Shown: positions 56,515 to 64,000 of the stretch, piece after piece | How positions within the stretch are numbered: the first letter of the stretch is position 1 | How the letters are laid out: every line of letters begins with the position of its first letter | Assembly (NCBI GenBank): GCA_032027165.1 | Contig: JAVSMO010000001.1 | Coordinates: 189,950-253,949, forward strand | Length of the DNA stretch: 64,000 bases | DNA from: Denitratisoma sp. | GTDB taxonomy: Bacteria > Pseudomonadota > Gammaproteobacteria > Burkholderiales > Rhodocyclaceae | Reading direction: 5' to 3' | Program-made: the position numbers and the translations under genes | The notes under the pieces: generated by a model | Databases searched by the model: none | The model's input: the letters and a program-made list of their open reading frames with translations, nothing else | What the model was told of the DNA's origin: nothing

Positions 56515-59500
56515 GGCTCGGCCAGCGGCAGCAGCACCGGCGGGCCCAGATCCAGCCGCGTCTCGACCCAGCCGTCTTCCGCGTTTTCAAGACTGAGGGC
56601 GGCCCCCGTGGGCGGCAGGAGGGAGCGGACCAGGTTCAACCCCGTGCCGAGCCCCTTGCCGCCGGCGAAATCCAGGCTGGTGTCGAGACGTCCCGGGTTT
56701 TTGATGATCAGTTGCGCCCTGTCTCCATCGCAGCGGATGTCGAGTGAGACCTGCGTCCTGTCCTTGCCGTGGCGCAGGGCATTCGTCAGCAGTTCGTTGA
56801 GGATGAGCGCCACGGGCACCGCCTCCGCTTCGGCGACGGCCCACCTGCAGGCGCGGTCGGGGCAGTTCAGGCCGATGGGAGCGCCCGTGATGCCGCCGAG
56901 GAAGGCGGTGATTTCCGCTGCCAGGCTGCGCAGGCTGGCGTCGCCCGTTTCGGCGCGCCCTTGCAGGCCGTGCACGATGGAGATGGCGTTGATCTGTGCG
57001 GCGAAGTTCTGCAGCACGGACTCGAGCCCGGGTTGTTCATGAATGTGCTGCCGCAGCAGCCCGGCGAGGCCCTGCAGGTGGTTCTTGATGCGGTGGTGCA
57101 CTTCGCGCACCAGGGTGTCGCGCTGCTGGCGGGCGTATTCCAGGCGCCTCGCCTCGGCTTCGCGCCGTTCGGTGACGTCCTGCGCCACGCCGACGCTGCC
57201 GATCACCTCGCCCGAAGCAGTGCGCACCAGGCCGATGGTCAGCAGTACCCAGAAGACCGAGCCGTCCTTGCGCACGTAGCGCTTTTCCAGTGAACCGACG
57301 CCGATCTCCCCACTGCGCAAGCGCACACTGAGCGCCAGGTTCGCCGGCACGTCTTCGGCATGTGTGATGTCGGCGAAGCTCCGTTGCAGCAGTTCCGCCT
57401 CGCTGTAGCCCAGCATCTCGCACTGGGCGCGGTTGACCATCAGGTAGCGCCCGCCGGCGTCGGCGATGGCGATGCCGACCGGGGCGCTGTCGAAGATGGC
57501 GCGCAGGCGCGCCTCGCTCTCCGCCAGGGCCTGCTCGGCCTCGACGCGCGCGGTGACGTCCTCGGCCAGGATCATGCGCGCCGGGCGGCCGAGAAATTCC
57601 ACGTCCTGGAACCAGATCGCCGCCTTGAGCAGGCTGCCGTCCTTGCGCCTGTGCGTCCACGTGCGCCCTTGCGGCCTGACCTTGGCCTTCACCATCCTTT
57701 CGAATTCGGCCACTTCCTCCGGCGGGCGGATGTCGCACAGGGTCATGGCGAGAAACTCCTCGCGCGTGTAGCCGTATTGGGCGACGGCGGTGCCGTTGAC
57801 CTCGATGAAGGCGAGGGTGTCGACGTCGAACACCCACATCGGCAGCGGGCTGCTCTCGAAGAGGAAGCGGTAGCGTTTCTCGCTTTGCTTCAGTTCCGCC
57901 TCGGCCCGCTTGCGCTCGGAAATGTCGCGCACCACCGACATGATCGCCGGCTTGCCGTCGACGACGATGCGTGCGCCGGCCGCTTCGACCTCGATGACCT
58001 GCCCGTCGAGCGCGCGGTAGTGCATTTCCGCCGGCTGCAGGAACGGCACCTCTCCCAGTGCAAGGCTGGCGGCGCGCCGTTCGGTATTCGCCCTGTCCGT
58101 CGGGGCGACCAGATCGTGCCAGTCGCGGCCGACCAGGTCGCGTTCCGATTCCGCGCGGAACAGGCGCACGGCGGCGTCGTTGGTGTAGAGGACGATGTTG
58201 TTCCAGTGCACGAAGACGGCGTCGGGCGAGAGCTTGAAGAGGAAGCGGTAGCGCTCCTCGCTGTCGCGCAGGGCCTGCTCGGCCCACTTGCGTTCGCTGA
58301 CGTCGCGCCCGGTGTAGGTCAGGGCGCCGATGTCCGGATCGCCGAAATGGTTGGTGAAATTGGCCTCGACGAGCATCCAGTGGTCGTAGCGGCCCCTGAC
58401 ACGGTGCTCGAACCGCTGGGGCAAACCGGGATGGGCGAGGGCATTGACACGGGCCGCCTCGACACGGCCGACATCTTCCGGGTGCACCAGCGCCGTTCCG
58501 CTGGCGATGCTCTCTCCCGTCAGCCTGCTCCCCAGCTGCTGCTCGACCGAGGGGCTGGCGTAGACGATGCGCATGTCGCGGTCGAAGAGCACGAGCAAGT
58601 CCCAGGCATTCTCGATCAGCCTTCGGAAGCGCGCCTCGCTGGCGGCCAGTGCCGCCTTGGTGGATTCCTGCTGGGTCAGGGCCAGTTCGCTTTGTCCGCG
58701 CCGGTACCAGGCGAGCATGGCCAGGCCCAGCGCCATCACCAGCAGCGACGCCAGCGTGCCGGACCACAATGCTTCACGCCGCACCGGAGCGAGAATCTCT
58801 TCCCGATCGAGCTTGGAGACGACGAACCAGGGCATGTCCGGCACCTGGCCGACGGCCGCCAGCACCGGCACGCCGCGGTAATCGATGCCTTCGGTAATGC
58901 CATGGCCGCCGCGGGCCGCCACGGCTGCCGGCAGACTGGATTCCCCGGTATGCCTTTTTAGCTTCTCCGCTTCGGCATGTCGGAGCGAACTCAGGTAAGT
59001 GATCTCGCCGTTGGTGCGCTCGACCAGGAAGGTTTCCCCGCTCTCGCTGGGCGACGGCCAGCGGCGCAGGAAAGGGTCGAGATGGGCTTTCGGATCGAGG
59101 TGGAACACCAGCGCGCCGACGATCGGCGCGCCAGGCCGCCGGCTGTCGGCCACGGGCGCAGCGATGTCGATGTCGATGTGGTGCTGCTTGCCGGCCTCGC
59201 TGTGGTAGGCACGGGAGATGGCGGTTTGTCCTGCTTCCATGGCGGTTCGGGCCGCCTTTGCCGCTGCCGCCAATGCATCCTCGCCGATCTTGCCGACGCC
59301 GAATAGGCGATTGCCCTGGCGATCCAGCAGCAGGACCGCCTCGTAGCCGTATTCCTTGCGGATCTGCTCGAGCTGATTCGGCAGGGCGTCCGGCCCATAC
59401 GCCCATGCGTCAGCGCCTTTTCCCGTCGCGGCGATGGCCAGGAGCGGCCGGTTGCTTTGCACGAGGGCATCGCTGCGCCGTTCATCCAGCCAGAAGCGGA

Positions 59501-59675
59501 TGAACTCGATCTTCAGTTCGGCCGTGGCCTGCAGCTCTCGGCCGCGCTCGCGCAGCACGGCCGCCTCGTAGGCGGAGACGGCCGAGTACCAGAGGGCGCC
59601 GATGCCGGCGGCGAGGAGCAGGAAGGCGATGGCCAGCCATTGGCCGGACAGTTGGCGCTGCGGCGAGGGTGTCAT
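56493..59675 (-). CDS. Membrane sensor histidine kinase: periplasmic sensor domain, about four PAS domains, HisKA_2 and HATPase
   Basis: Two TM helices flank a sensor domain of about 270 aa. Repeated PAS blocks are present. The phosphoacceptor region is EVHHRIKNHLQ. The C-terminus has G-box GKGLGTGLNL. Confidence 0.85.
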   Translation of the reverse strand: MTPSPQRQLSGQWLAIAFLLLAAGIGALWYSAVSAYEAAVLRERGRELQATAELKIEFIRFWLDERRSDALVQSNRPLLAIAATGKGADAWAYGPDALPNQLEQIRKEYGYEAVLLLDRQGNRLFGVGKIGEDALAAAAKAARTAMEAGQTAISRAYHSEAGKQHHIDIDIAAPVADSRRPGAPIVGALVFHLDPKAHLDPFLRRWPSPSESGETFLVERTNGEITYLSSLRHAEAEKLKRHTGESSLPAAVAARGGHGITEGIDYRGVPVLAAVGQVPDMPWFVVSKLDREEILAPVRREALWSGTLASLLVMALGLAMLAWYRRGQSELALTQQESTKAALAASEARFRRLIENAWDLLVLFDRDMRIVYASPSVEQQLGSRLTGESIASGTALVHPEDVGRVEAARVNALAHPGLPQRFEHRVRGRYDHWMLVEANFTNHFGDPDIGALTYTGRDVSERKWAEQALRDSEERYRFLFKLSPDAVFVHWNNIVLYTNDAAVRLFRAESERDLVGRDWHDLVAPTDRANTERRAASLALGEVPFLQPAEMHYRALDGQVIEVEAAGARIVVDGKPAIMSVVRDISERKRAEAELKQSEKRYRFLFESSPLPMWVFDVDTLAFIEVNGTAVAQYGYTREEFLAMTLCDIRPPEEVAEFERMVKAKVRPQGRTWTHRRKDGSLLKAAIWFQDVEFLGRPARMILAEDVTARVEAEQALAESEARLRAIFDSAPVGIAIADAGGRYLMVNRAQCEMLGYSEAELLQRSFADITHAEDVPANLALSVRLRSGEIGVGSLEKRYVRKDGSVFWVLLTIGLVRTASGEVIGSVGVAQDVTERREAEARRLEYARQQRDTLVREVHHRIKNHLQGLAGLLRQHIHEQPGLESVLQNFAAQINAISIVHGLQGRAETGDASLRSLAAEITAFLGGITGAPIGLNCPDRACRWAVAEAEAVPVALILNELLTNALRHGKDRTQVSLDIRCDGDRAQLIIKNPGRLDTSLDFAGGKGLGTGLNLVRSLLPPTGAALSLENAEDGWVETRLDLGPPVLLPLAEPQVVSLR

Positions 59676-59824
59676 CGTTGCGGTTCGGAAATTTCCGGAT
59701 TCGATATTACTACCGATGGGCTTCGGCGCGCGACGCCGGGCGGTGAAGGCCGATGAATTCGGCTAAAATGCCGAACCTTTGTGCCGGCTGCCGGGCCGGC
59801 GGCATGACGACCAGGAGTGAGTAA

Positions 59825-60433
59825 GTGCAGCTTGCGTGTTTGGATCTCGAAGGCGTTCTGATTCCCGAAATCTGGATCGAGTTCTCGAAGCGGACGAACA
59901 TCCCCGAACTGTCGCGCACGACGCGCGACGAGCCGGACTACGACAGGCTGATGAAGGGGCGCCTGGCCATTCTCGAGCAGCACAAGCTCGGCCTGCCCGA
60001 CATCCAGAAGGTCATCGCCGAAATGGGCCCGCTTCCGGGCGCGCCCGAGTTCCTCGACTGGCTGCGCGAGCGCTTCCAGGTGATCATCCTGTCGGACACC
60101 TTCTACGAGTTCGCCATGCCGCTGATGCGCCAACTCGGCTATCCGACGCTGATGTGCCACAAGCTGGAGGTCGATGCGAAGGGTTTCGTGCGCGACTACA
60201 CCCTGCGCATGCCCGAGCAGAAGCGCGAGTCGGTGAAGGCCTTCAAGTCGATCAACTTCAAGGTCATCGCCGCCGGCGATTCCTACAACGATACCGCCAT
60301 GCTGGCCGCGGCCGACGCCGGCATCCTCTTCCGTCCGCCGCAGAACGTCATCGACGAGTTTCCGCAGTTCCCCGTCACGCGCAGCTACGATGAGCTGGCC
60401 GCCGCCTTCGAGGCGGCCAGCCGGTCGATCTAG
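59825..60433 (+). CDS. thrH: Phosphoserine phosphatase/homoserine phosphotransferase ThrH-like HAD enzyme
   Basis: [39 protein letters not shown] start. Confidence 0.8.
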   Translation: MQLACLDLEGVLIPEIWIEFSKRTNIPELSRTTRDEPDYDRLMKGRLAILEQHKLGLPDIQKVIAEMGPLPGAPEFLDWLRERFQVIILSDTFYEFAMPLMRQLGYPTLMCHKLEVDAKGFVRDYTLRMPEQKRESVKAFKSINFKVIAAGDSYNDTAMLAAADAGILFRPPQNVIDEFPQFPVTRSYDELAAAFEAASRSI

Positions 60434-60516
60434 CCGGCGCTTTCCCGGCCCGGCGGCTTGAGCCCTCTGCCGTTCGGTGGCACGATGGGCGCGACAACCG
60501 AACGGGAGGGGGCGTC

Positions 60517-61566
60517 ATGGCAGATCGGAAAACACCGGGCAAGACCCTGTTGATGGTGGCTGTGGCCGTTCTGCTGGCGGCCGGCGGCTGGTTTGCCTGG
60601 CAATACTTCAACGAGCCGCCCCCGCCACCACCTCCGCCGCCCAAGGCTGCCAAGTCGGCTGCAGCGCCTGCCGCGCCCAACCAGGACAAGACGATCGAGG
60701 AGATCCTGCGGGTGACGGGCATGGACCATATGCTGAACCAGTTGCCGGAGCAGATGCTGGCCGGCATGCGCCAGGCTGGCAAGCAGGACAAGAGCGGCAA
60801 GCTCTCGCCGGGCGACCTGGCCGAACTGGAGCGGCTGACGCGGGAAGCCTTCCCCGCGCAGGGCTTCCGGCAGCGCGTGACGGCCGCCCTGAAGAAGGGG
60901 TTCGAGGCGCAGCGTTTCCGGGAATTCCTCGCCGACAGTTCCATGCCGCTGGCAAAGCGCATGACTGAGCTGGAGAAGCTGCAGCCGAAGCAGGAGGAAC
61001 TCGCGGCGTTCATGGCCGGACTGAAGGCGAAGCCGCTGGCGCCGATGCGGGTGAAGCTGGTCGAGCGCATCGACATGGCCGGCCGTGCCAGCGAACTGGC
61101 CACCGAGTCCATGTTCGCCACCGTGAGGGGCATGGCGCGCGGTTTTTCCGGCGCCGATGCGAAGCAGGCCGCCGATGTCGACAAGGCGATCGAGCAGCAG
61201 CGCGCGGCCGCGGCAGACAATATCCGCAACGCCGTGCGTTTTTCCCTGGCCTACGCCTATCGCGACGTGAGCGATACCGATCTGGCCGAATACGCCCGCC
61301 TGCACGAGAAGCCCAGCACCCAGTTCGTGCTGGGGCTGATGTTCGATGCCCTGGTCGAGGAAATCCGCAGCGGCTCGGAGCGCCTCGGTGCCGGCCTCGA
61401 AAAGCTGCTCACGGCCAAGCGCGCCGGGAAGCCTGCGTCGGCGGCCGACGCCGGGTCCGCGGCGGCCTCGCGGCCGATGCGTTCCCGGGCCGGGGAAGAT
61501 GCGCGCGAGTGCCTGCGCTTCGAGGCCAACCGGCAGGTGATGGGCTGCGCGGAACGGTACCGATAA
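60517..61566 (+). CDS. Hypothetical membrane-anchored protein with poly-proline linker
   Basis: N-terminal TM helix LLMVAVAVLLAAGGWFAW, then EPPPPPPPPPK, then a helical domain of about 280 aa. No confident family assignment. Confidence 0.5.
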   Translation: MADRKTPGKTLLMVAVAVLLAAGGWFAWQYFNEPPPPPPPPPKAAKSAAAPAAPNQDKTIEEILRVTGMDHMLNQLPEQMLAGMRQAGKQDKSGKLSPGDLAELERLTREAFPAQGFRQRVTAALKKGFEAQRFREFLADSSMPLAKRMTELEKLQPKQEELAAFMAGLKAKPLAPMRVKLVERIDMAGRASELATESMFATVRGMARGFSGADAKQAADVDKAIEQQRAAAADNIRNAVRFSLAYAYRDVSDTDLAEYARLHEKPSTQFVLGLMFDALVEEIRSGSERLGAGLEKLLTAKRAGKPASAADAGSAAASRPMRSRAGEDARECLRFEANRQVMGCAERYR

Positions 61567-61572
61567 AAGCAA

Positions 61573-61596
61573 ACGGCGAGGCCCCCGCCTCGCCGT
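61573..61596. terminator. Hairpin terminator between convergent genes (U-tract on minus strand)
   Basis: ACGGCGAGGC-CCCC-GCCTCGCCGT (10-bp stem). On the minus strand it is followed by TTGCTTTTAT, so it most plausibly terminates the qmoB-hdrCB transcript. Confidence 0.6.
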
Positions 61597-61622
61597 GCCG
61601 TGCGGCCTGACTTTTCCCGCGG

Positions 61623-62519
61623 CTACTTCTTCGCGATCTCTTCCAGCTTCGTCGCCTTGATCAGCTGGCCGTCGAGGCCGGCTTCCTTGGCGCTGCCGCC
61701 GTAGGCGACGGTCATCAGCTGGGAGTAGTAGAGCACCGGCATGCTGAACTTCGTGCCCTGCTTCTTGTTGATCTCGCTCTGGTAGATCTCGACATTGGCC
61801 TGGCACAGCGGGCAGGGCGTGACGATCATCTCGGCGCCGTGGTCGTAGGCCGACTCGACGATGTCGCGGATCTGCTTTTGCGACTTCTCCGGCTCGGAGA
61901 AGGCGAGCGCGCCGCCGCAGCAGGTGACCTTCTGGTCGTAGGGCACGGCCTCGCCGCCGACGGTCTCGACCAGCTTGTCGAGGTACACCGGGTTCTCGAA
62001 GGATTCGCCGGCGATGCCGAAGGGGCGGTTGGTCTGGCAGCCGACGTAGCCGGCGAACTTGATGCCTTCCAGCGGCTTCACCACCGGCTGCTTGAGGGCG
62101 TCGTAGCCGAGGTCCTCGATCAGCACCTCGACCATGTGGCGTATCGGCGTCGTGCCCTGGTACTGCAGGCCGGCGGCGGCCAGCGCCTCGTTGGTTTCCT
62201 TGAGCAGGACTTCGCTGTGGTCGAGGCGTTCCTTCACCTCGCGCTGGGCGAGCCAGCAGGCGGCGCAGGTGGCGACCATCTCCTTGCCCGGCATGTGCGT
62301 TTCGGCCAGGGCGAAGTTGCGCGCCGACAGCGCCAGGCGCGGCAGTTCGCCGCCCTCGGCGTAGCCGATCGAGGCGCCGCAGCAGTTCCAGTCGGGGATT
62401 TCGGTGATCTTGACGTCGAGCTTGTCGCACATGGCGTTCACCGACGTCAGGTAATTCGAGGCCGAGGCCTTCGACTGCGAGGAGCAGCCGGGGTAGAACG
62501 CGTATTCTTTCTTTGCCAT
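61623..62519 (-). CDS. hdrB: Heterodisulfide-reductase subunit B-like protein (two CCG domains)
   Basis: YPGCS...DWNCCGAS and CPLCQ..., VTCCGG. Confidence 0.88.
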   Translation of the reverse strand: MAKKEYAFYPGCSSQSKASASNYLTSVNAMCDKLDVKITEIPDWNCCGASIGYAEGGELPRLALSARNFALAETHMPGKEMVATCAACWLAQREVKERLDHSEVLLKETNEALAAAGLQYQGTTPIRHMVEVLIEDLGYDALKQPVVKPLEGIKFAGYVGCQTNRPFGIAGESFENPVYLDKLVETVGGEAVPYDQKVTCCGGALAFSEPEKSQKQIRDIVESAYDHGAEMIVTPCPLCQANVEIYQSEINKKQGTKFSMPVLYYSQLMTVAYGGSAKEAGLDGQLIKATKLEEIAKK

Positions 62520-62538
62520 TTGCTTTCTCCGTCGGGGC

Positions 62539-63168
62539 CTACTTGGCGAAGCCCTTCTTGCGGTCTTCGATCTGGCGCGCCTTCTCGATCATGGCCTTGA
62601 AGCCGGCCTGGTCCTTGACGCCGTGGCCGCCGAGGATCTCCATCGGGTTGAGGCGCTTGGCCTTGACCAGGCCGAGGCCGACCGCCTGCATGTTGAGGGC
62701 ATTCTTGATGCCCTGCACGAAGCCGTCCTTGAAGTAGAGGGCCAGCGAGAAGGTCAGCTCGTTCACGCGGCCCTTCTTGATCAGGTTGTTCCAGAACAGC
62801 GTCGCCGTCTCGCGCGTCGGCTGGCCCTTCGGCGCGATGCCGAGGCGGTGGGCGTAGTTGGCCAGGCCGTGCATGATGTGGGTGATCGGCAGCTTGCGCG
62901 GGCAGCGCACGATGCAGTTGTAGCAGGAGGTGCACATCCACATCGAGTCGGAGGAGAGCACTTCCTCGCGCTTGCCGGCGCGGATCATCATGAAGATTTC
63001 CTGCGGCGGATGCGCCCAGGCGTTTCCGAGCGGGCAGGAGCCGGCGCAGACGCCGCATTGCATGCACATGCGCACCCAGTGGCCTTCCTCGACGTTGGCC
63101 TCGACTTCCTTGAGGAAGCTGTTCTTGTATTTCGCGATGGCGGTTTGGTTCGCGGTGGTCATTATCAT
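62539..63168 (-). CDS. hdrC: Heterodisulfide-reductase subunit C-like 2x[4Fe-4S] protein, apparently soluble
   Basis: CMQCGVCAGSCP and CTSCYNCIVRCP. No convincing TM helices in its 209 aa. Confidence 0.85.
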   Translation of the reverse strand: MIMTTANQTAIAKYKNSFLKEVEANVEEGHWVRMCMQCGVCAGSCPLGNAWAHPPQEIFMMIRAGKREEVLSSDSMWMCTSCYNCIVRCPRKLPITHIMHGLANYAHRLGIAPKGQPTRETATLFWNNLIKKGRVNELTFSLALYFKDGFVQGIKNALNMQAVGLGLVKAKRLNPMEILGGHGVKDQAGFKAMIEKARQIEDRKKGFAK

Positions 63169-63175
63169 GCGCTCC

Positions 63176-64000
63176 TCAGCCGAAGCCCTTCATCGGTGAC
63201 AAACCAATCTCTTTGATTTGATCGACGTACTCGTTGATCAGCTTCACCACGCGGGCATTGTCGGTGATCGCCACCTCCAGCGTCTGCACGCGCTCGGTCT
63301 CGAGGCCGAGCTGCTTCAGCGTGTCGTCGATCTTGCTCATCCGGTAGTAGGCCATCTCCGAGCCCTTGACGAAGTGGCACTGGTAGTCGTCGCCCTTCTT
63401 GCAGCCCATCATCATCACGCCGTCGTAGCCGGAGTTGAGCGCGTCGGTGATCCAGATGGTGTTCACCGAGCCGAGGCAGCGCACCGGGATCGCCCGCACG
63501 AAGGCCGAATAGGTCAGGCGCTGGATGCCGGCCATGTCGAGGGCCGGGTAGGCGTCGTTCTCGCAGGCGAGGATCAGGATGCGCGGCTTCTCCTCGAACT
63601 CGTCGGGGATGTTAACCGCCTTGATCTGCATGCCGACGGTGTCGCAGGAGTAGTTTTCGAAGGAGATGACGCGCACCGGGCAGGCGCCCATGCAGGTGCC
63701 GCAGCGGCGGCAGCGCTCCTCGTTGAACTTCGGGAAGCGCTTCTCGTCCTCGTCGATGGCGCCGAAGGGGCATTCCACCGTGCAACGCTTGCACTGGGTG
63801 CAGCCCTCGAGGCGCGCGATCGGGTAGGACAGGTCCCAGGCGCGCGGATGGGCGGCGCGGCCGCGGGCGGCGTTCTCGACGGCCTGGATCGCCTTCAGCG
63901 CGGCGCCGGTGGCGTCCTCGGTGGCCTGCAGCATGTCCATCGGACGGCGCGTCGGGCCGGCGGCATAGACGCCGGTGCGGCGGGTTTCATACGGGAAGCA
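63176..64000 (-). CDS. qmoB: QmoB/HdrA-like flavoprotein, C-terminal part (ferredoxin plus MvhD-like domain); 5' end beyond window
   Basis: The frame stays open to the window edge (..YETRRTGVYAAGPTRRPMDML..). Contains CTQCKRCTVECP, CRRCGTCMGACP and the MvhD-like ILILACENDAY...VRCLG...MMMGCKKGDDYQCHF. Confidence 0.8.
   Translation of the reverse strand, partial: CFPYETRRTGVYAAGPTRRPMDMLQATEDATGAALKAIQAVENAARGRAAHPRAWDLSYPIARLEGCTQCKRCTVECPFGAIDEDEKRFPKFNEERCRRCGTCMGACPVRVISFENYSCDTVGMQIKAVNIPDEFEEKPRILILACENDAYPALDMAGIQRLTYSAFVRAIPVRCLGSVNTIWITDALNSGYDGVMMMGCKKGDDYQCHFVKGSEMAYYRMSKIDDTLKQLGLETERVQTLEVAITDNARVVKLINEYVDQIKEIGLSPMKGFG

Noticed and set aside
60430-62430. 666-aa minus-strand ORF spanning the hypothetical gene and hdrB
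   Set aside because: It is out of frame with hdrB, which has its CCG motifs, and antisense to the poly-Pro protein. Its composition is that of an artefact.
61623-64000. Interpreting hdrC-hdrB as part of the sulfur-oxidising sHdr (hdrC1B1AHC2B2-lbpA) system
   Set aside because: The upstream flavoprotein ends with an MvhD-like domain, which is typical of QmoB and not of sHdrA. No second hdrCB pair, hyp gene or lipoate-binding protein gene is visible.

Overview
High-GC proteobacterial chromosome segment, roughly 58-70% GC by eye, with a trough of about 45-58% at roughly 14.3-21 kb. Gene content suggests a betaproteobacterial sulfur-oxidising chemolithotroph; this is inference only. I support about 55 protein-coding genes plus several hairpin terminators and one sigma54 promoter. 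I saw no rRNA, tRNA, CRISPR array, transposase or integrase. All family calls come from reading motifs in the supplied translations; no searches were run, and start codons are best guesses.

Layout:
(1) 1-1.6 kb: sucC (5' truncated) and sucD.
(2) 1.8-14.3 kb: one same-strand signalling operon. It encodes a CHASE2 Ser/Thr kinase, a PP2C phosphatase, a double-FHA protein, a CHASE2 class III cyclase, a class II cNMP phosphodiesterase, a cNMP-binding/rhodanese fusion, a GAF-fused PilB/GspE-type ATPase and a GAF-HD-GYP protein.
(3) 14.4-35 kb: sigma54-driven type IVa pilin, then a large glycosylation and glycan-export island. It holds three TPR-fused glycosyltransferases (GT-C-like, GT9-like, methyltransferase-GT41), a DPM1-like GT2, GT4, a second GT2, WbsX, an LtaS/OpgB-like transferase, a GDPD-like protein, two methyltransferases, a sulfotransferase, cysC embedded between wzm and wzt, and a HAD hydrolase.
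(4) 35-41.6 kb: sixA, a CYTH-CHAD protein and a split MacAB-TolC-type efflux operon.
(5) 41.7-64 kb: sulfur-oxidation neighbourhood. It holds soxYZAXB (no soxCD), moaC, a receiver-only regulator, a BepA-like protease, sat-aprBA, a YkgJ-like/NorQ-CbbQ-like/NorD-CbbO-like trio, a multi-PAS HisKA_2 kinase, thrH, a poly-Pro hypothetical, and qmoB (partial)-hdrC-hdrB.

Best candidates for undescribed biology:
(a) the cNMP plus Ser/Thr signalling operon, whose PDE-type GAF domains sit on a secretion/pilus ATPase and on an HD-GYP enzyme;
(b) the YkgJ-MoxR(NorQ)-VWA(NorD) trio next to aprBA, with no Rubisco or NOR in the window;
(c) the pilin-adjacent trio of TPR-tethered glycosyltransferases;
(d) the wzm-cysC-wzt-sulfotransferase operon, which implies a sulfated, capped glycan.
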